DNA of 64,000 nucleotides, from positions 156,056,001-156,120,000 of the forward strand of contig NC_086097.1 in assembly GCF_963921235.1 (NCBI RefSeq), written 5' to 3'. Every line of letters starts with the position of its first letter. Within the stretch, counting starts at the first letter, position 1. Shown here piece by piece: positions 36,095-50,177 of this stretch. The notes under the pieces were generated by a model. The model made no database searches. It saw only the letters and a program-made list of their open reading frames with translations, and was not told the DNA's origin. The stretch comes from Mobula hypostoma (Eukaryota). A program made the position numbers and the translations under genes.

Positions 36095-36330
36095 CAACTG
36101 TGAGGAGTCTCCATATATTCTCCCCATGGAATGCATGGGTCTTCCCGGGTGCTCTGGTTTCCTCCATGGTCCAAAGACATACTGTATAGGTTAGTTGGTC
36201 ATTGTAAACTTGGCCCGTGATAAAGTTAGGGTAAATCGGGGTTGTGAGGTTGCTGGGAAAACATGACACTAAGGGCTGGAAGGGCCTACTCTGCACTGTA
36301 ACACTAAATAAACAAATAAAATAAATAAAA
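36095..36330 (+). mobile_element. V-domain SINE (HE1-like) with (AAAT)n tail
   Basis: ttctccccatggaatgcatgggtcttcccgggtgctctggtttcctccatggtccaaagac; CR1-like tail gggctggaagggcct. Confidence 0.8.
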
Positions 36331-37058
36331 GAGATACCAATGCTAAATAAAAATCATTGTGGCAGGGCCCGTATCTTAATGCGAGGCACAATCCACTGTT
36401 TGGACAAGTTAAACGGCTGCCTAGATAGATGGGAAAGGCAGGGTGTTGGGATCAGAGGCGGGAGTCGGGCTGATTTTGCTCACTCTCCCCAGTGTTCACT
36501 GCTCTCTCTACAACACTGAGGCTCAGAGACTGTCCTGGCTGTTGTGCTTTGTGTCTGTGAGCTTTGTGGTAAGTAGCCCCACTAATATAATGAACTAAGA
36601 CCGAGGCTGGGGCCTCTGCCAGGCTGCTCCAGGGATTGGGATCTAAGGACTCGATCTGGTTCATAATGCTGTTGCTCGCTTCTATTGTTTGCATTAGTAT
36701 GTGTATTTTTCTCTTTCTGTGTGCATTGGGTGTTGGTATTTTTTTAAATTGGGTTTCTTGCTTTGTGGCTGCCTGTAAGCAGACAAATCTCAAGATTGTA
36801 AAATTTATGCATTCTTTGATAATAAATGTACTTTGAATCTTTGAATTTGTCAGGCATCCTGAGCATTTTTGCTTTACTAAAACACCTCATTACAGATATC
36901 TGCAAACTCTCAGTTCCAGTACCATCTTGCTTTTATTTCAGTGTTTCTACTGTAAGTCTTGTTTAAATGTACATTAAAAAATGAAATGTGCACCGTAACT
37001 GACTGCAGGGCAACCTGAATTTAAAAAGAACTTCCATAATTCTACACTTGCACCGGAT

Positions 37059-39589
37059 TAGTTGTTCCCAAAGTGGGTAATATTGTCCCCCTGAGAGCTC
37101 AGTAGTGGGTTGGGGGGTGGTAGCTAAGGGATTACAAGTTTAACTTAAGAAATGGATCACTTATTATAACAATTGATCCTCAGTACCTTATTACTTTCCC
37201 CTTTATTGATCGCAGTATTTGAGGTTGGACTTAAACAATAGGCAATTGACAGTGGTGCTTAATCCCTGATGAAAATGGCGGAAGCAGACCAAATGAAGAG
37301 GAAGAGTAGACAGTGTAACGTCGAGTCTCTGAAATATGGATTCACACCAGCACCAAGCAACCAATGTGTCTATCGTGTGAAAAGTATTTTTTTGATGAGG
37401 CAATGAAACTATCCAGGCTCCTTGAAAATGTAAAGAGAATGCACTCTGATAAATAAAATGAAAACTAGGATTATTTTCCATCATTTCATGAAAGCATTTA
37501 AAAAACAGAAAACACTTCAACACTTCGAAACATGCTTGCCAGAACTTCACAACAAAACACTGATGGTTTGCATTTTTCATTGCTCTTTGCTAAATCTGAA
37601 AATCCTTGCACAATTAGAGAACTGGTTCTGCCAGCAATAAGGGAGGTCCTGACTATGTTCTTGCATAAGAGCAAGCCAAATAATTAAAGTAATTCCACTC
37701 AGTGACAATTCTGTTCAAAGATGAATACATGTATGAAATATCTGAGAATGTGGAAGACGCATTGTTCAACATATTTAAGACAGCACAATTTGCTGTGCTG
37801 TTGGTCGAGTGAACTTTGACAGGCAATAAATCTTTGCTTCTTGGTTATGTTCGCTTCAGAAAAGAAAAAAGCATGATTCAGGAGTTGTTATTTTTAAGCA
37901 GACTAGAAACAAATATGAAGGGGGCTTCAATATTTCAGGTTGTTGAGCGATTTTGCAATGAAAAGGATATTCTGCTCATCAACAGTCTTGCTTGTGCAGC
38001 AGATTGGGCATCATCACTGATAGGGCACAACCATGGAGTCATTACTTTCTGGAAAAAAGCTGTACCTAACATATTTAATATTCACTGTGTAACTCGCATA
38101 CAATATCTTGTCACAAAAAAAAAGTTTTCAGATGCACAAATTATTAAGTACTGTTACCACAGCGGTAAATAAAATCACATCCCATGCTCTTAACTGTCAA
38201 CTATTTTGAGAGCCTTGTATTGATTAAGATGAACTGTTTGAATGCCTGTTTTTACACACACAAGTCAGATGGCACTCAAAAAGAAACTGCCTGAGATGCT
38301 TTTATGCACTGTTTGAAAATGTAATAAAATTCTTTGAAGACTTGAATGCTTCATTCAGTAACTAACTAAAAAATGTTAGTCGAGTCAAGTTTATAGTCAG
38401 TCAACGATATACATTTCCTGTATATAACCATATAATGTACATAAAACTGAGACAACCTTAATCTGAATGAGGGTGTAAAGTACAGTCAAACAGATAACAC
38501 ACATAACACAAGATAATTTATGAAGTCTAAGGATAAAATCTACAGACAAATCACACTTAAACAGCAAACTAAAATGCACTAATATCAAATATTGTAAGGT
38601 ATGGAACAGATTAACCAGTGACACTTGAAATACGATGTAGTTTATTTTTCAGAATTATTCACAAAGTTTAATGAAATCAACCTTCAATTGCAAAGAAATG
38701 TGAATATTATCAATGTCAAATCAGTTATCTTCACATTTCTGTCAAAGTTAACGTTATTTAAATGCAAATTTGGCCATCACAGCCTTTTCTAATTTCCGAG
38801 CCTCTCTGAGTTGGAAGAGGAAGAAAGAACACCAAATGATGATATTCATGTACACTGTCCATCAAGGAGAGTTGCACAAAGGTATGTCATAAAGATTCAG
38901 TATCTTCCCTTGGTCCAAATTATTGAATGGGTGATAAATCCATTCCACTTGTGATGAGGAACTAACAGGAAGGATGGCAGAAAACTGACCTGGCTACAAA
39001 ATAACTGTGAGTTGAAGCCAAGATTCGAAAAAATCATATCAAGACTTCTGATTGCAGAAAGAAACCTCTGAGTGGTATCCTACACTGTGGAAAAAAGTCA
39101 AGGTTTTTTTTTTGTTGCCTTTCCAACATAATTTTTAGTGGAGAACAGTTTCAGTGCCATCACCAAACTTCTCTCAAAGCAGTGAAACAGAACACAAATG
39201 ACTGAATATGGGATTTGAGACTCCTGAGTGGCATTCACCCTGTTGTTCTGAAGCTGGAGTCACTGCATCATGCCAATCCACCTCATTTAAAGGTATAAAA
39301 GTAATGAAGTAGTGAATAATTGGACTACGAATGTATGCTGTGAAATTGTTGATGACAGTATTTACTGTAATTAAATAAAGAAATAATTTTTTGTAGCTTT
39401 AAATAGATTTGAATATTTTTTAAAATTATTTGTTACTGTTTTGAATTTGCAAATCCTATTTTTTTCATTGTGCACTGTAAATCAAAACTCTTCACAGCTT
39501 TCATATAATGATTGGAAAGGGAGAAGAGGCACTGCGTATGTGGTCTGGAGCCCAAGGGTGCTGTAACCAAAAACGTTTGGGAACCACTG
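37059..39589 (+). mobile_element. hAT-Charlie (Buster/SCAND3-like) DNA transposon, full length but decayed
   Basis: TIRs TAGTTGTTCCCAAAG and GTTTGGGAACCACTG; degenerate 8-bp flanks CACCGGAT/CATGAGAT; transposase remnants LKYGF, IPLSDNSVQR, LLLGYVRF..QELLF, IHCV and HTQVRW; SINE-like insert at 38380-38640. Confidence 0.9.
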
Positions 39590-39774
39590 CATGAGATCAT
39601 GATTTACGCATTTTATTCTCCTAGTGATAAGCTGCTGTGTTGATTAAACAAAACTTGTATTTAATTCACTGACCTTGATGAACTCTAAGCAGAGTGCACC
39701 CAATGAAGTCTGATATATTAGCAATATCAACAATAGCTTGTATTTATAAATCACTTTCAATGTTATACTATATC

Positions 39775-41062
39775 AAAGTGATAATGAATGCAGTTTTATA
39801 AAACTTTGGTTACATCACATTTGGCGTGTTGTGTTCCATTCTGGTCACCTCATCACAGTAAAGGTGTGGAGGTACGGGAGAGCGTTCGGATGGGTTTCAG
39901 CAGGGTGCTGCCTGGATTAGAGGGTATGAGCTATAAAGAGATCCGGGCTTGGATTGTTTTCTCTGGAGCATTGGAGGCTGAACGGAGGTCTGATAAAAGT
40001 TTATAATATTATGAGAAGCATAGATAGGGTAGAGAATCAGAATCTATTTCCCAGGGTAGAAATGTCAAAAACTAGAGGCCATAACATTAAAGAAAGAGAG
40101 GAAATTTTAAGAGAGATGTATGGGGCAAGTGTTTTACAAAGAGGGTGGTAGGTGCCTATATTACATAGCTGGGGGCGGGGGTGGTGGAAGCAAACATGAT
40201 AGTGGGTTTTAAGAGGTTTTTAGGCAAGCATCAACATGAAAGGGATGGAACAATATGGATCACATGCAGGCAGATGAGATTTGCTTTCATAGATGGCACA
40301 GTGGTGATTGGTAAAAGGACCAGTTGCTGTGCTGTAGTCTTCCATGTTCTAAGTTCAGTATACAACACAGGAAAGGTAACTAGAAATTAAGATGTGCCCA
40401 AAATTTGGATCAAAGTGCTCAAAAACTTAACTTGTCATTTACACATGGAAGCCGAACTTGTACAGGATAAGTCATGTCACTGACCACTGCAGATTCCAGA
40501 GAACTGGAAAATAGCAAATATCCCTCCACACTTTAAGAAGAAATGGGGGCAAAAGACAATAAATTATAAGCCGTTTAGCCTGAGTTCAGTGATTGCCAAG
40601 ATATTAGAGTCCACTATTAAGAATGAAGCTATGGAGTTCTTCGAGGTATATGATAAAATAACCTGGAGTCAGTCTGAATACATTAAGGAGAAATAATGCC
40701 TGTTGGAATTATTTGAGGAAAAAGGAGAGTGTGGCTCTTGCTTACTTGGATTTTCAGAAGGCCTTTGGCAAGGTTCCACACATGATGCTGCTAAACAAGA
40801 TAAGAGCCTATGTTATTACAGGAAAATTACTAGGATTAACAGAAGATTTGCTGACTGGCAGAAAGCAAAGAGCAAAAACAAAGGGGACTTTTTCTGGTTG
40901 GTTGCAGGTGACTCATGATGTTCTGCAGAGATCGGTGTTTGGGTCCGCTGCTTTTCACAGTATATGTTAATGAGCTAAATGTCCTAGAATCATAGAGTTC
41001 TGCAGAGATCGGTGTTTAGGTCCACTACTTTTCACAGTATATGTTCATGAGCTAAATGTCCT
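39775..41062 (+). mobile_element. CR1 fragments (3' end, then RT piece)
   Basis: ORFs 39788 (FYKTLVTSHL..FWSPH), 39954 and 40713 (YLDFQKAFGKVPH). Confidence 0.8.
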
Positions 41063-43900
41063 AGAATCATAGAGAAATGTAGCACAGAAACAGGCCCTTT
41101 GGCTCAACTAGTCCACGCCAAAAACATTTAAACTGCCTACTCCCATCGACCTGCACTGGGATCATAACCCTCCATACCTCCGCTATCCATGTACCTATCC
41201 AAACTTCTCCTAAACGTTGAAATTGAGCTCACATGCACCACTTGTGCTGGAAGCTCATTCCACACTCTCATGTCTTTTTGAGTGTAGTAGTTTCCCTGCA
41301 AGTTCTTCTTAAATGTCTCACCTTTCATAACATTTGGTTGTAGACCCACCCAACCTCAATGGAAAAAGCCTGCTTGTATTTACCTTATATATACCCCTCA
41401 TAATTTTGTATATCTCTCTCAAATCTCCTCTCAGTCTTCTACGTTCTAAAGAATACAGCCCTAGCCTATTCAATATTTCTTTATAAGTCAGGTCCTCCAG
41501 ACCCAGCAACATGTTTGTAAATTTTCTCCATACGCTTTCAACCTTGCTTGCATCGTTCCTGTAGGTAGATGACCAAAACTACACATAATACTTCGGATTA
41601 CGCTTCACCTGTGTCTTATACAATTTCACCATAACATCCCATCTCCTGTACTCAATACATTGATTTATGAAGGCCAAAAGCTTTCTTTATGACCCTACCT
41701 ACCTGTGATGCCACTTTTAACAAATTATGAGCCTGTATTCCCAGATCCCTTTGTTCTACCACACCCCTCTGTGCCCTACTGTTCACTGCGAAAGACCTAC
41801 CCTGGTTGGTCTTACCAAAGTGCAACCTCTCACACTTGTCGGCATTAAATTCCATCTGCCTTTTTCTGCCCATTTTCATAGTCATAGTCATACTTTATTG
41901 ATCCCGGGGGAAATTGGTTTTCATTACAGTTGCACCATAAATAATTAAATAGTAATAATAAAACCATAAACAGTTAAATAGTAATATGTAGATTATGCCA
42001 GGAAGTAAGTCCAGGACCAGCCTATTGGCTCAGGGTGTCTGACCCTCCAAGGGAGGAGTTGTAAAGTTTGATGGCCACAGGCAGGAATAACTTCCTATGA
42101 CGCTCTGTGTTGCATCTCAGTGGAATGATTCTCTGGCTGAATGTACTCCTGTGCCCAACCAGTACATTATGTAGTGGATGGGAGACATTGTCCAAGATGG
42201 CATGCAACTTGGACAGCATCCTCTTTTCAGATACCACCGTCAGAGAGTCCAGTTCCATCCCCACAACATCACTGGCCTTAGGAATGAGTTTGTTGATTCT
42301 GTTGGTGTCTGCTACCCTCAGCCTGCTGCCCCAGCACACAACAGCAAACATGATAGCACTGGCCACCACAGACTCGTAGAATATCCTCAGCATCGTCCGG
42401 CAGATGTTAAAAGACCTCAGTCTCCTCAGGAAATAGAGACGGCTCTGTCTCTTCTTGTAGACAGCCTCAGTGTTCTTTGACCAGTCCAGTTTATTGTCAA
42501 TTCGTATCCCAAGGTATTTGTAATCCTCCACCATGTCCACACTGACCCCCTGGATGGAAACAGGGGTCACTGGTACCTTAGCTCTCCTCAAGTCTACCAC
42601 CAGACCCTTAGTCTTTTTCACATTAAGCTGCAGATAATTCTGCTCACGCCATGTGACAAAGTTTCCTACCGTAGCCCTGTACTCAGCCTCCTCTCCCTTG
42701 CTGATGCATCCAACTGTGGCAGAGTCATCAGAAAACTTCTGAAAATGACAAGACTCTGTGCAGTAGTTGAAGTCCAAGGTGTAAATGGTGAAGAGAAAGG
42801 GAGATTCAGACCCCTCTGCAAGACATGATAGTCTTTCTCACTGTCCACTACATCCCTAATCCTGGTGTCATCCAAAACTTTGCTGATCCCGTTAACCACA
42901 TTATCATCCAGGTCATTGAAATAGGTGACAAACAACGAAGTACACAGCACCAATCTCTGCGGCACACCACTAGTCAGAGGCCTTCAGTCAGAGAGGCAAC
43001 CCTCTTCTACCACTCTCTAGTTTCTCCCACAAAGCCAATGTCTAATCCAATTTACTCCCTCATCCTGAAATCTGAGTGACTGAACCTTCTTGACCAACCT
43101 CCCATGTGGGACCTTGTCAAACACCTTACTAAAGTCCATATCGACAACATCCACTGCCTTGCCTTCATCCACGTTCCAGGTAATTTCCTCGAAAAACTCT
43201 GTAACATTGGTTTAACATGACTTACCATGCCCAAAGCCTTGCTGACTATCCTTAATCAGTCCATGTCTATCCAAATACTTATAATACTTTCCAATAAGTT
43301 TCCCACAACTGATGTCAGACTCACTGGCCTATAATTTCCTGGTTTATGTTTAGAGCTTTTTTTAAACAGCAGAATAACATTAGCTATCCTCCAGTTTTCT
43401 GGTACTCTCCTGTTGCTAAGGATGTTTTAAATATCTCTGCTAGGGCCCCATAAATTTCTGCACTTCCCTACTGTAGGGTCTGAGGGAACACCTGGTCAGG
43501 GCCTGGAGATTTATGCACCCTGATTCGCCTCTGGGTAGCGAACACTTCCTCCTCTGTAATCTGTGCGGGGTCCATGAAATTGATGCCATTTTGCCTTACT
43601 TCTTTAGACTCTGTTTCCATCTCCTGACTAAGTAAAGATGCAAAGAATTAATTTAAAGTCTCCCCCTCTATTTTGGCTCCACACATGGATTACCATTCTG
43701 GTCTTCCAGAGGACCAATTTTGTCCCTTGCAATCCTTTTTCCCTTAGCATATCTGTAGAGTCTCTTGGGATTCTCCTTCACCTTGTCTGATAGAGCAACT
43801 CCCTGCCTTCTTTTAGCTTTCCTGATTTCCTTCTTGTGTTCTCCTGCATTTCTTGTACTCCATAAGCATCTCATTTGATCCTACTTGCTTATACCTAACC
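41063..43900 (-). mobile_element. CR1 LINE ORF2, 5'-truncated, interrupted by Rex1
   Basis: ORFs 43668 (KVKENPKRLYRY..DKIGPL), 42666, 41652 (QMEFNADKCE), 41318 and 41137; tail at 41063. Confidence 0.88.
41877..42803 (-). mobile_element. Rex1/Babar LINE, young, 5'-truncated
   Basis: Uninterrupted 251-aa ORF 42022..42777 (QKFSDDS, YKYLG, RLYFLRRLRSF); (TATGAC)n tail. Confidence 0.95.
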
Positions 43901-44660
43901 TACCGAATGTCAAGGGACTAGATAGGGTGGGTGTGGAGAGGATTTTTCCCGTGGTGGGGACATCCAGAACTAGAGAGTAGTAAATCTGTGGAATGCTCTT
44001 CCACAGTCTGCAGTGGAGGCCAGGTCTGTGCATATATTTAAGGCAAAAGTTGATTGTTTCTTGATTGGTCAGAGCATCAAAAGGTTGGTAAGATGTTGGA
44101 GTCCATTAGTAAGTATGTATGAAGTTTTGGAGTATTTAGAGACACATGATAAAATAGACCAAAGTCAGTTTCGTTCTCTGAAGTAGAAATCTTGCCTGAC
44201 AAATCTTTTGAAATAACTGGAAGGAGAGACAAAGGAGAGTCAGTTGATGTTGTTTACTTGAATTTTCAGAAGGCCTTTGACAAGGTGCCGCACATGAGGC
44301 TTCTAAACAAAGTTATAACCCCTTGTGTTATAGGAAAGATACTAGCATGGATCACAGATTGGCTGACTGGCAGGGGTCAAGGAGTGGGAACAAGAGGTGG
44401 GTATTGGTGTTCCGCAAGGGTCAGTGTTGGGACTGCTTTTTTTCATGTTATATGTCAATGATTTAGGAATTGACAGAACTGATGGCCTTGTGGATATGTT
44501 TGTGGACAAAGATAGGTGGAGGCGCAGATAGTGTTGAGAAAGCAGAGTCCGCAAAAGGACTTAAATAGATTAGGAGGATGGATAAAGAATTGGCAGATGG
44601 AATATAGTGTAGGGAAGTGTATGGTAAATAACTTCAGTAGGAGAAATAATGGCATAGTCT
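43900..44660 (+). mobile_element. CR1 fragments
   Basis: ORF 44192 VDVVYLNFQKAFDKVPHMRLL. Confidence 0.8.
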
Positions 44661-45203
44661 TGCATAGGCAAGTGAGACCTTTGAAGTGAAACTACCTGAG
44701 CCAAATTTACTTACTACAGAAGGACTGTGGCAGTGTGTAATCGATCTAGAAGAACATAGTTTCTCTTTCCGCAGTGGGATGTGATGAAGACAAACAAGAT
44801 AGGATTAAAGGAAAGATGTGAAATACACCATTATCCAAAGGATAATTGTTTTACTAACTTCAAAGCATCAGGTTGCAGTTGTTATTGAGTTTTACATTCT
44901 CTGTTGTGAATGGTGATTGGTCGTGGTCGTGCAAGTAAGGAATTCAAAGATACCACTTAACAAATGCTCAGTGTCCGAACTGATAAAGCAAATTCTGTAT
45001 AAAAATGGCAATTTTCTGTCCTGGCTTTAAACCAGTGGGGTGACAGTGGCCATGCTGTTCTCCTTGTGCACAAGTAAAATATATGTTTGAGTCCTAAGAA
45101 AGTGTGTGTGCTGAGCCCAGTTCTGTTAGTTATTTTATTTAATAATTGGTGCTGAGACTGGGAATGACATGATTAATGTATGAGTAGAATAATGTATGAG
45201 CAG

Positions 45204-45337
45204 GTCCTGACGAAGGGTCTCGGCCTGAAACGTCGACTGCACCTCTTCCTAGAGATGCTGCCTGGCCTGCTGCGTTCACCAGCAACTTTTATGTGTGTTG
45301 CTTGAATTTCCAGCATCTGCAGAATTCCTGTTGTTTG
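45204..45337 (+). mobile_element. Penelope terminus with intact hammerhead core (45204-45239)
   Basis: GTC-CTGACGA-A-GGGTCTCGGCCT-GAAAC-GTC-GAC followed by the conserved gatgctgcctggcctgctg...ccagcatctgcaga tail. Confidence 0.85.
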
Positions 45338-46872
45338 AGTAGGGTTTGTTGGCTTTGGCTAGTACTCACTGGTGTTGAGAAGAATGAGGGAACAATCTCA
45401 TTGAAACCTATCAAATATTGATAGACATAGATGGAGTGCACATGGAGAGGATGTTTTCAATAGTGGAGGAGTCTGGGACCAGAGGGCACAACCTCAGAAT
45501 AGAAGGATGCCCCTTTAACACAGAGATGAGGAGGAATTTCTTTAGCTAGAGGGTGGTGAATCTGTGGAATTCATTGCCACAGATAACTGTGGAGGCCAAA
45601 TCATTGGGTATATTTAAAACCAAGTAAGGGCCTCAAAGATTATGGGGGGAAGGCAGAAGAATGGGGTTGAGAGGAATAATAGATCAGCCATGATGGAATG
45701 GGAGAGAAAAACTCATGGGCCAATGACCTAATTCTGCTCTAATATTTTATGGTCTGCTTATGTCGACTGCTTATTTCCCTCCATAGATACTGTATATTCT
45801 ACTGAATTCCTTCCATGTTTTGTGTATGTTATACATGACTTACCTTGATGTCTTTAGAATTGATTTTTCATGAAATTTAATCTTTACTGTTTATCTGGAA
45901 GTCAGTCTGTAGACACAATAGAGAATAAACATAGCCGGTGCTTATGAATTTTTTTCATTAATTTAGTTAATTTCCCCTTCACTTACAGGTTTGAGGACAG
46001 GATTTGCTTTCATTTGGAAAATAAATTATCTTCTTAGGGGGAGCCTGCATGGCTTTTTGTTACAGAGATTCCGTCTCATAAATCAGATTGAGTTTTTTGA
46101 GTAAGTGATGAACATGATTGACAGAGGTAGGGCAATACCTGTTGCCAACATATACATGGGTAAAGGACAAGGCAAGATGTCTCATAGTAGTCTAGTCCAG
46201 AGATTAATCATAATTTAAATTTAGAGATACAGTATGGTAGTTTGCGCTCCTGGGCCAATGAGTCTGCAGCACCCAATTACAACCATGTGACCAATAATCC
46301 TACTAACCTGTCTGTCTTTGAAATGTGGAAGGAAATTGTAGCATGTAGAGGAAACCCATGTGGTGATGGGGAGAATGTACAAACTACTTACAGATGGAGG
46401 TAAAATTGACCCTGGATCGCTGGCACTGTACGAGTGTTACATTAATTGCTATGCTACCGTGCCTCATCAGGTTACTTGGGATCCACAGTAAGTTGGTAAA
46501 TTGCACACACAATGGCTTGATAGTTGGTAGTGATCTTTGGCCTGTAACATGCCACAAGATTTACTGTTGGGACCTTTGTTGTTAGTGAGATATCTGTATA
46601 AATGATCTGGATGAAAACAAAGGTGTTTTGATAAGAGATCTTGAAGAGGACACAAATATTGGTAGAGTTGTGGATATTGGGGACTGTTCTCAAAGGATAA
46701 AGCAGGATGCAAACCAGATGTAAAGACGGGCAGAGAAATGACTGTTGGAGCTTAATTAAGTCAAATGTTTATGTTGTATTCTGTGTCAAATACATTAGGT
46801 AAGTATAGAGTAAATGGCAGGGTTCTTAGGAACATTGATGTAGAAAGTGATCTTAAAGAGCAAGGCCACCGG

Positions 46873-49800
46873 TGTTAAAAACATTAAATTAATTCAAAGG
46901 AAGGTACAGAGTCCAAAATGCAGCTTTAACTTCACCTTTACTTTAAGTGAGGTAAGCACGTATCACGTGGCAGCGTGACAACAAATGCATTAACATATTT
47001 TATATGTAATCCATAATTAATTATTTTAATGAACAAGAATGCTGAATCAACCAATTTATATGCAAAATTACTCAAGTATTATTGAAATATTAAATACACA
47101 ACACTCCTCCCTGCTTAGCTATAAACTCCAACTCAATATAGAATGCATCTCAACTATGTACAGAGTATACTATATAATATAACTACTATATACAGACATC
47201 CACAGCATAGTAAATTTTAAATGATCCCATTTAGGCTGAAAGGTTTCATTGCTGTGGAGGATTCCTTACTCTTGTGGGATAAAGCCTCTCCTGACAAGGG
47301 GGATTATTCTACTTGGCAGGTGAGATTTGTGGCTGTGAAAACAATCCCCGGTTCTGAAACACTCCCTGGTTCTGGAGTGGTGGTTGTAGGAGTTAACTCT
47401 GCGACAACAAGAAGTTGTTTTGACAGCCCTAGGTACCTTTCTTCCACTTTTCTCTCTCTGAACTTACTTCAATCTCTTCCTTTTTCTTTTTCACATTCCT
47501 TCTCTCTTTCACACCTTAATTTTTCTCATTCACATTTTGCTCTCCATCTCTTCTCTCATTGTCCTTCTTCCAGCTTATGCATTTTGATCTCTGGAAGGTG
47601 CATTTAGGCGTTCACTAGAGTATTCTCTTATTAATCCATCTGTTGCTCCTTATACAATTGATCTCTCCTCGTGGTTTCCTCATCCACAACATCATCTGGT
47701 AAATCCTCTGCTTTCATATCTCCATTGACTCCTTTCTTTTTGGCCTTCCACTCAATGACTTTGGTCTTTGAATCTACATTTACAGGATGCTTTTAGTCTC
47801 CCTCTTGAAGCTCGTGCAATAAACTTAATGCATGTAGAGTGATCATGGTTCTCTATATTCACAAAGGCAAATGCTTGCAACTTTCTTGAGCACCTTGAAC
47901 CCTCCTACAGCTTAAAATCAAGACACATTTCACAAGTAACTGAGTGATTAATATATTAGAAGCTTTCTTAGATATATCGCCTACAAAAACTGTTGTAGTC
48001 AGACCATTGCGTATGTCACTGTCATAATTCCTTTCAGCAGCATGGTCCATTTTATGTCCAATATGCTTTCCAACCAGAGACCCAGAGGTTGGCACCAACA
48101 CATCTTTGTCCTCTGTTGGTCAATAGTTCATGGTATTCGGTGGAGACAGAGGTGCTATCCTTCAGCACATTTTCAAAATTTGCTTTCATATGGCTTCATT
48201 GCAGGGGATATGGCATGCCAATGGTCAATGGATCTCAAGTCAAGCTGTAGTTGTCTCAGCCTATCATGTCCGCACAATGCTGGCCCTTCTGTTTTTAACA
48301 TATACAAGGTGGTTTATTGGTTGCTGTATATTATTGTTGCAGATGTCTTTTACCACGGGAATTACGTATCTTTCCTTCAGTATACATTCTTAGTTTGGTA
48401 TCTGCAGGCTTCAGTTTGGTATGTTTGAAATGCTACTCAAACTCATTTTTGGATTGCCTGAAACAGCTGAACCAGTGTCTAATTCCATTTAAATTAATTT
48501 GCTGTTCAATTCTGGCATAAGCCATATTGCTTGTCCATTGGTAATTTTTACACTGTAAATCTCAAGGCTACACAATCACACTGAGCATTAGCAGATTTTT
48601 CATCAACAGCATCCAGCTTAGTACTCTTTTTGAAAATGCAAACTGAACTTGTGTCTTTTTCGCTTCTATGCGTAATAAATTTATTTTGTCTGCTTAACAT
48701 GCTCTTTGTATGTGTCCTACTCTGTTGCACTTTCTGCAAGTTTTGGCTTTAAATCTGCATTTATTTGTGTGTGTGAGCCGCTGTCACAACAGTAACACAA
48801 TTTATATGGCTAGCTGGTTTCTGTTTAGCTGCTGCAATTTTATTCATGCTCACTTTCATTCCTGACGGCAATTCAATTGCATCTCAGTCTATGGTATCCA
48901 TTGATGCAGGGATTTTGACTGCTCTTTTAAATGTAATCTGTGCTTCAGTTGGGGGCCATTTTTGAATGTTTTCTTGTAAGATTTCACAAATTAAACATTC
49001 CCTCAGTGTGTCATTATGCTCATCACTGAACTGACTATACTCAAACAATCACTTCAGCTCAGCCACGTACGCTGAAATGGACTCGCCTTCTTTTAGCTTC
49101 CACTTACGAACCATAAAAGTGTTCTGCAATCAACAATGGTTTTGGTTCTAAGTGTCCCTGTATCTCTTTGATAATATCAGAAAAGCTCATTTCTGCAAGT
49201 TTAATTGCAGCAGTCAAACTTTGAAGCAAATTGCATGTCTTTAAGCCCACTGAACTTATCAAAATTGGCACTCGCTTCTCATTAGCTATTTCGTTTGCTC
49301 CAAAATACTGTTCCAATAGCTCCGTATACATGAGCCAATTAGAATTTAGAATTTATTCAAATCTTACATTAAAACCACAACTTGAGGAAGTCAAAATCTT
49401 TGCATTATGACTCTGTCACAATGTACGGACATGTGAATTTAGAAGTCTAATGGCTTGTAGAAAGAAACTGTCCTATAGCCTGTTGGTTCTGGCTTTAATG
49501 CTGCGGTACCGTTTTGCAGATAGAAGCAGCTGAATCAGATTATGGTTGGGATGACTGGTGACCCCGATGATCTTCCAGGCCTTCTTTCTGCACCTGCTGC
49601 TATAATGTCCTCAATGTCCCCATTGTGTAAGCAAACCCGCCCATCTTTCTGATGCAGCCAACCACATCTGATTATTTTTTATGATTATTAGCACCCAGTA
49701 CTCACTCTTTATAAACCATGAATCCTTCCATTCTCTTTATGAACTCATGAATTTTTCTGTTTTGACTTTAATAAAAAACTTGACCATGTCTTCCCTTCTG

Positions 49801-50177
49801 AAGATAGTATCTGCCTGTGCTTTTTGTAGCTCGACCATTACGTTTTGTTTTACTTGAACGTTTCACTGTACATAAATGGGTTGGAAGATGTAATGGGTTT
49901 GTTTTAAATCACATCTTGTCACCGATGTTAAGTTTTGTAACTTCGAAACATTAAATTAGTTCAAAGCAAGGTAGGGAGTCTGAAATACAGGTGTAACTTC
50001 GTCCTTACTTTAAGCAAGGTGTGCACATATTACATGGTAATGGGATGATGTGCGCAATTAATATATCTTTACATTTACAGTAACCGGTAATTAATTATTT
50101 TAATTTACAAGAATGTTTAATCAACCAATATATAAGCAAGATTACTCAAACATTATTGAAATATTAAACACACAACA
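46873..50177 (-). mobile_element. Gypsy (Mag/K02A2.6-like) LTR retrotransposon, two LTRs, decayed
   Basis: LTRs 46873-47103 and 49926-50177 (TGTTA...CACAACA); polypurine tract AAGCAGGGAGGAG and PBS-like TCGGTGACAAG on the minus strand; gag LEQYFGANEIANEKRVPIL (49104..49331); flanks ACCGG/ATTGG; nested Rex1 tail at 49340-49615. Confidence 0.9.
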
